NCBI RefSeq assembly: GCF_963921235.1 | Contig: NC_086108.1 | Coordinates: 77,502,001 to 77,566,000, forward strand | DNA: 64,000 nt | Direction of reading: 5' to 3' | From: Mobula hypostoma | Taxonomy: Eukaryota | In this document: positions 62,431 to 64,000 of the stretch, piece by piece | Layout of the letters: each line of letters opens with the position of its first letter | Position numbering within the stretch: position 1 is the stretch's first letter | Notes under the pieces: generated by a model | Databases searched by the model: none | Told to the model about the DNA's origin: nothing | Seen by the model: only the letters and a program-made list of their open reading frames with translations | Position numbers and translations under genes: made by a program

Positions 62431-63419
62431 AGTGCATAGTTCTCAGAGATTTGAGCAAATGCACGAAGAGAATCATGACGTATGACGTGAAATTATTCTG
62501 CTCTTTTATTGTCAGAACTCACTTGTGCTTGCAGCAAAACTTGGATTGGTGCCATTTGCAAAATAATCCTTTTGTGTCATCTTCCATCCAGTTTAGCCTT
62601 CACAGTCACAATAGGTAAATCTACACTTAACCACAAATAGTTAATAAATAGAGAAAAGAGACAATAGAAAACAATTTCTGTTTGACCGGCATTTTCCGCA
62701 ATCCTTGATCTGACAAGTTCTCAAAAACCTTGGAAGTCTTTTGCACTTTTGCCAGAGAGTCATCTGTTGGAAGAATTTATCACTCAATTGCTATTGTTTT
62801 AAAACAAAAGATTACACTGACTGGCTTTAAACCACAAGAAAACAAAACAAAAGAATACCTAATGCAGGATGTCTTTTAACAATGCACTTGCCATGATACC
62901 ACTAATTTTGACTTCAGGGGGGAATTTTCAAATGCACAGTGCACCTGGTGTTCATTTTAGTTTTTATTTGGCTAAGTTCCAGTGACGGGGGGTGGGCTAC
63001 ACTGAAGTTCAAAAGAAGGAACAGGGTGCCTTTGCTCAGTGAAACAAACAAGAATGACATTGTTATTTAACTGTCAGAAATCTAACCATAACCTAGCAAT
63101 TCTCCCGATTCTCACTTAGCCAGTTGCATTCCAGTTAATCTCTAGAAAAAGTGTAACTCTCAGCAGCCGTCATGCAAAGATGATAAATAACAGAAAATAC
63201 TTGATCTATGAATTGAGTCTGTCAGTGTTTTTAAAAAGAAATAAATGTTAAATGTTTTTTATAAAGGTCTGTAGGAAAATAAGTTCAGCAATGGACATAA
63301 GGAGACTACAAGATGATATACATTGGGGTTGGCAAACCTGTCTGAAAGGGATTGGTGATCATCTTCTTAAAAATTTTCTTGCATGCTGTGGAAATTTTGA
63401 TCAGAGATTACCTTTGATT

Positions 63420-63660
63420 ACTACATTAGAAGTAATAATTATGTTTTTTAAAGGGAAATGATGAGTTCTGTTGTTTATTTACAAGTGGTCATTGCTTTAC
63501 TATTAATGAAAGTATAACAGAGGCAGATTGACGTAAATAATGTATTTTAGAAAACCAATTCAAAAATTAAGAATCAAGGGGCAGTATTGTATGCCGTGTG
63601 CCAACAAAATTTTAGCATGTGCCATCTTGGTCATGCGTGCCATTGGTTCACCACCCCCTG
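63420..63660. mobile_element. hAT-like terminal fragment within very old CR1 sequence
   Basis: TGTGCCA..GG.CATGCGTGCCATTGGTTCACCACCCCCTG resembles hAT subterminal sequence and terminus. Confidence 0.45.
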
Positions 63661-64000
63661 ATTTATACAGAAAGACTACATGTGGTCTGGTGATTGGAGT
63701 CTAACATGGAAAACTGCAAAACTATCAGTTTTGATGGGAAATATGAGAGGTTGCAGAACTTTGAGATACAAAGAGATGATGCATGATTGCAAGGTGATGG
63801 TCAAATGATACACCAAATAATTAAGAAAACTGACAGAATATTATTATTTATTGCTGATAGAATTGAGAACAGAAGTAGAGAGATTGTGGCTCCCTTCAGT
63901 ACAGTTTTGGTCTCCCTATTTAAGCAAGAAAAATGCACTGGAAGAAAATCAGAGAAAGCTTACTAGAACACTGTGTATTTAGAATGGATAGATTGTTTTA

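Overview
Eukaryotic, repeat-dominated DNA, probably intronic or intergenic. The repeat mix suggests a cartilaginous fish such as a ray or shark (inference): CR1 LINEs with SGNH-esterase ORF1, Rex1-like LINEs, Penelope-like elements (PLEs), V-SINE, Deu-SINE, L1, RTE, hAT and Tc1. No complete host gene is evident, and most short ORFs in the track are antisense or frameshifted TE fragments. Main content: (1) a young CR1 with an uninterrupted 1010-aa ORF2 (49.8-53.9 kb, minus) nested in an older CR1. (2) A two-LTR Gypsy element (38.9-42.4 kb) whose RT/RNaseH/integrase core is replaced by an intronless, internally deleted copy of the host splicing-factor gene RBM25, an apparent LTR-mediated gene capture. 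(3) Several PLE insertions carrying minimal hammerhead ribozymes, three of them fold-back palindromes, two with inversion points inside the ribozyme. (4) A decayed twister-ribozyme motif in an RTE-derived repeat. (5) A ~650-bp non-coding, LINE-tailed repeat in three copies. (6) One candidate host coding exon at 12568-12660. All family assignments are by eye, and boundaries of old elements are approximate.
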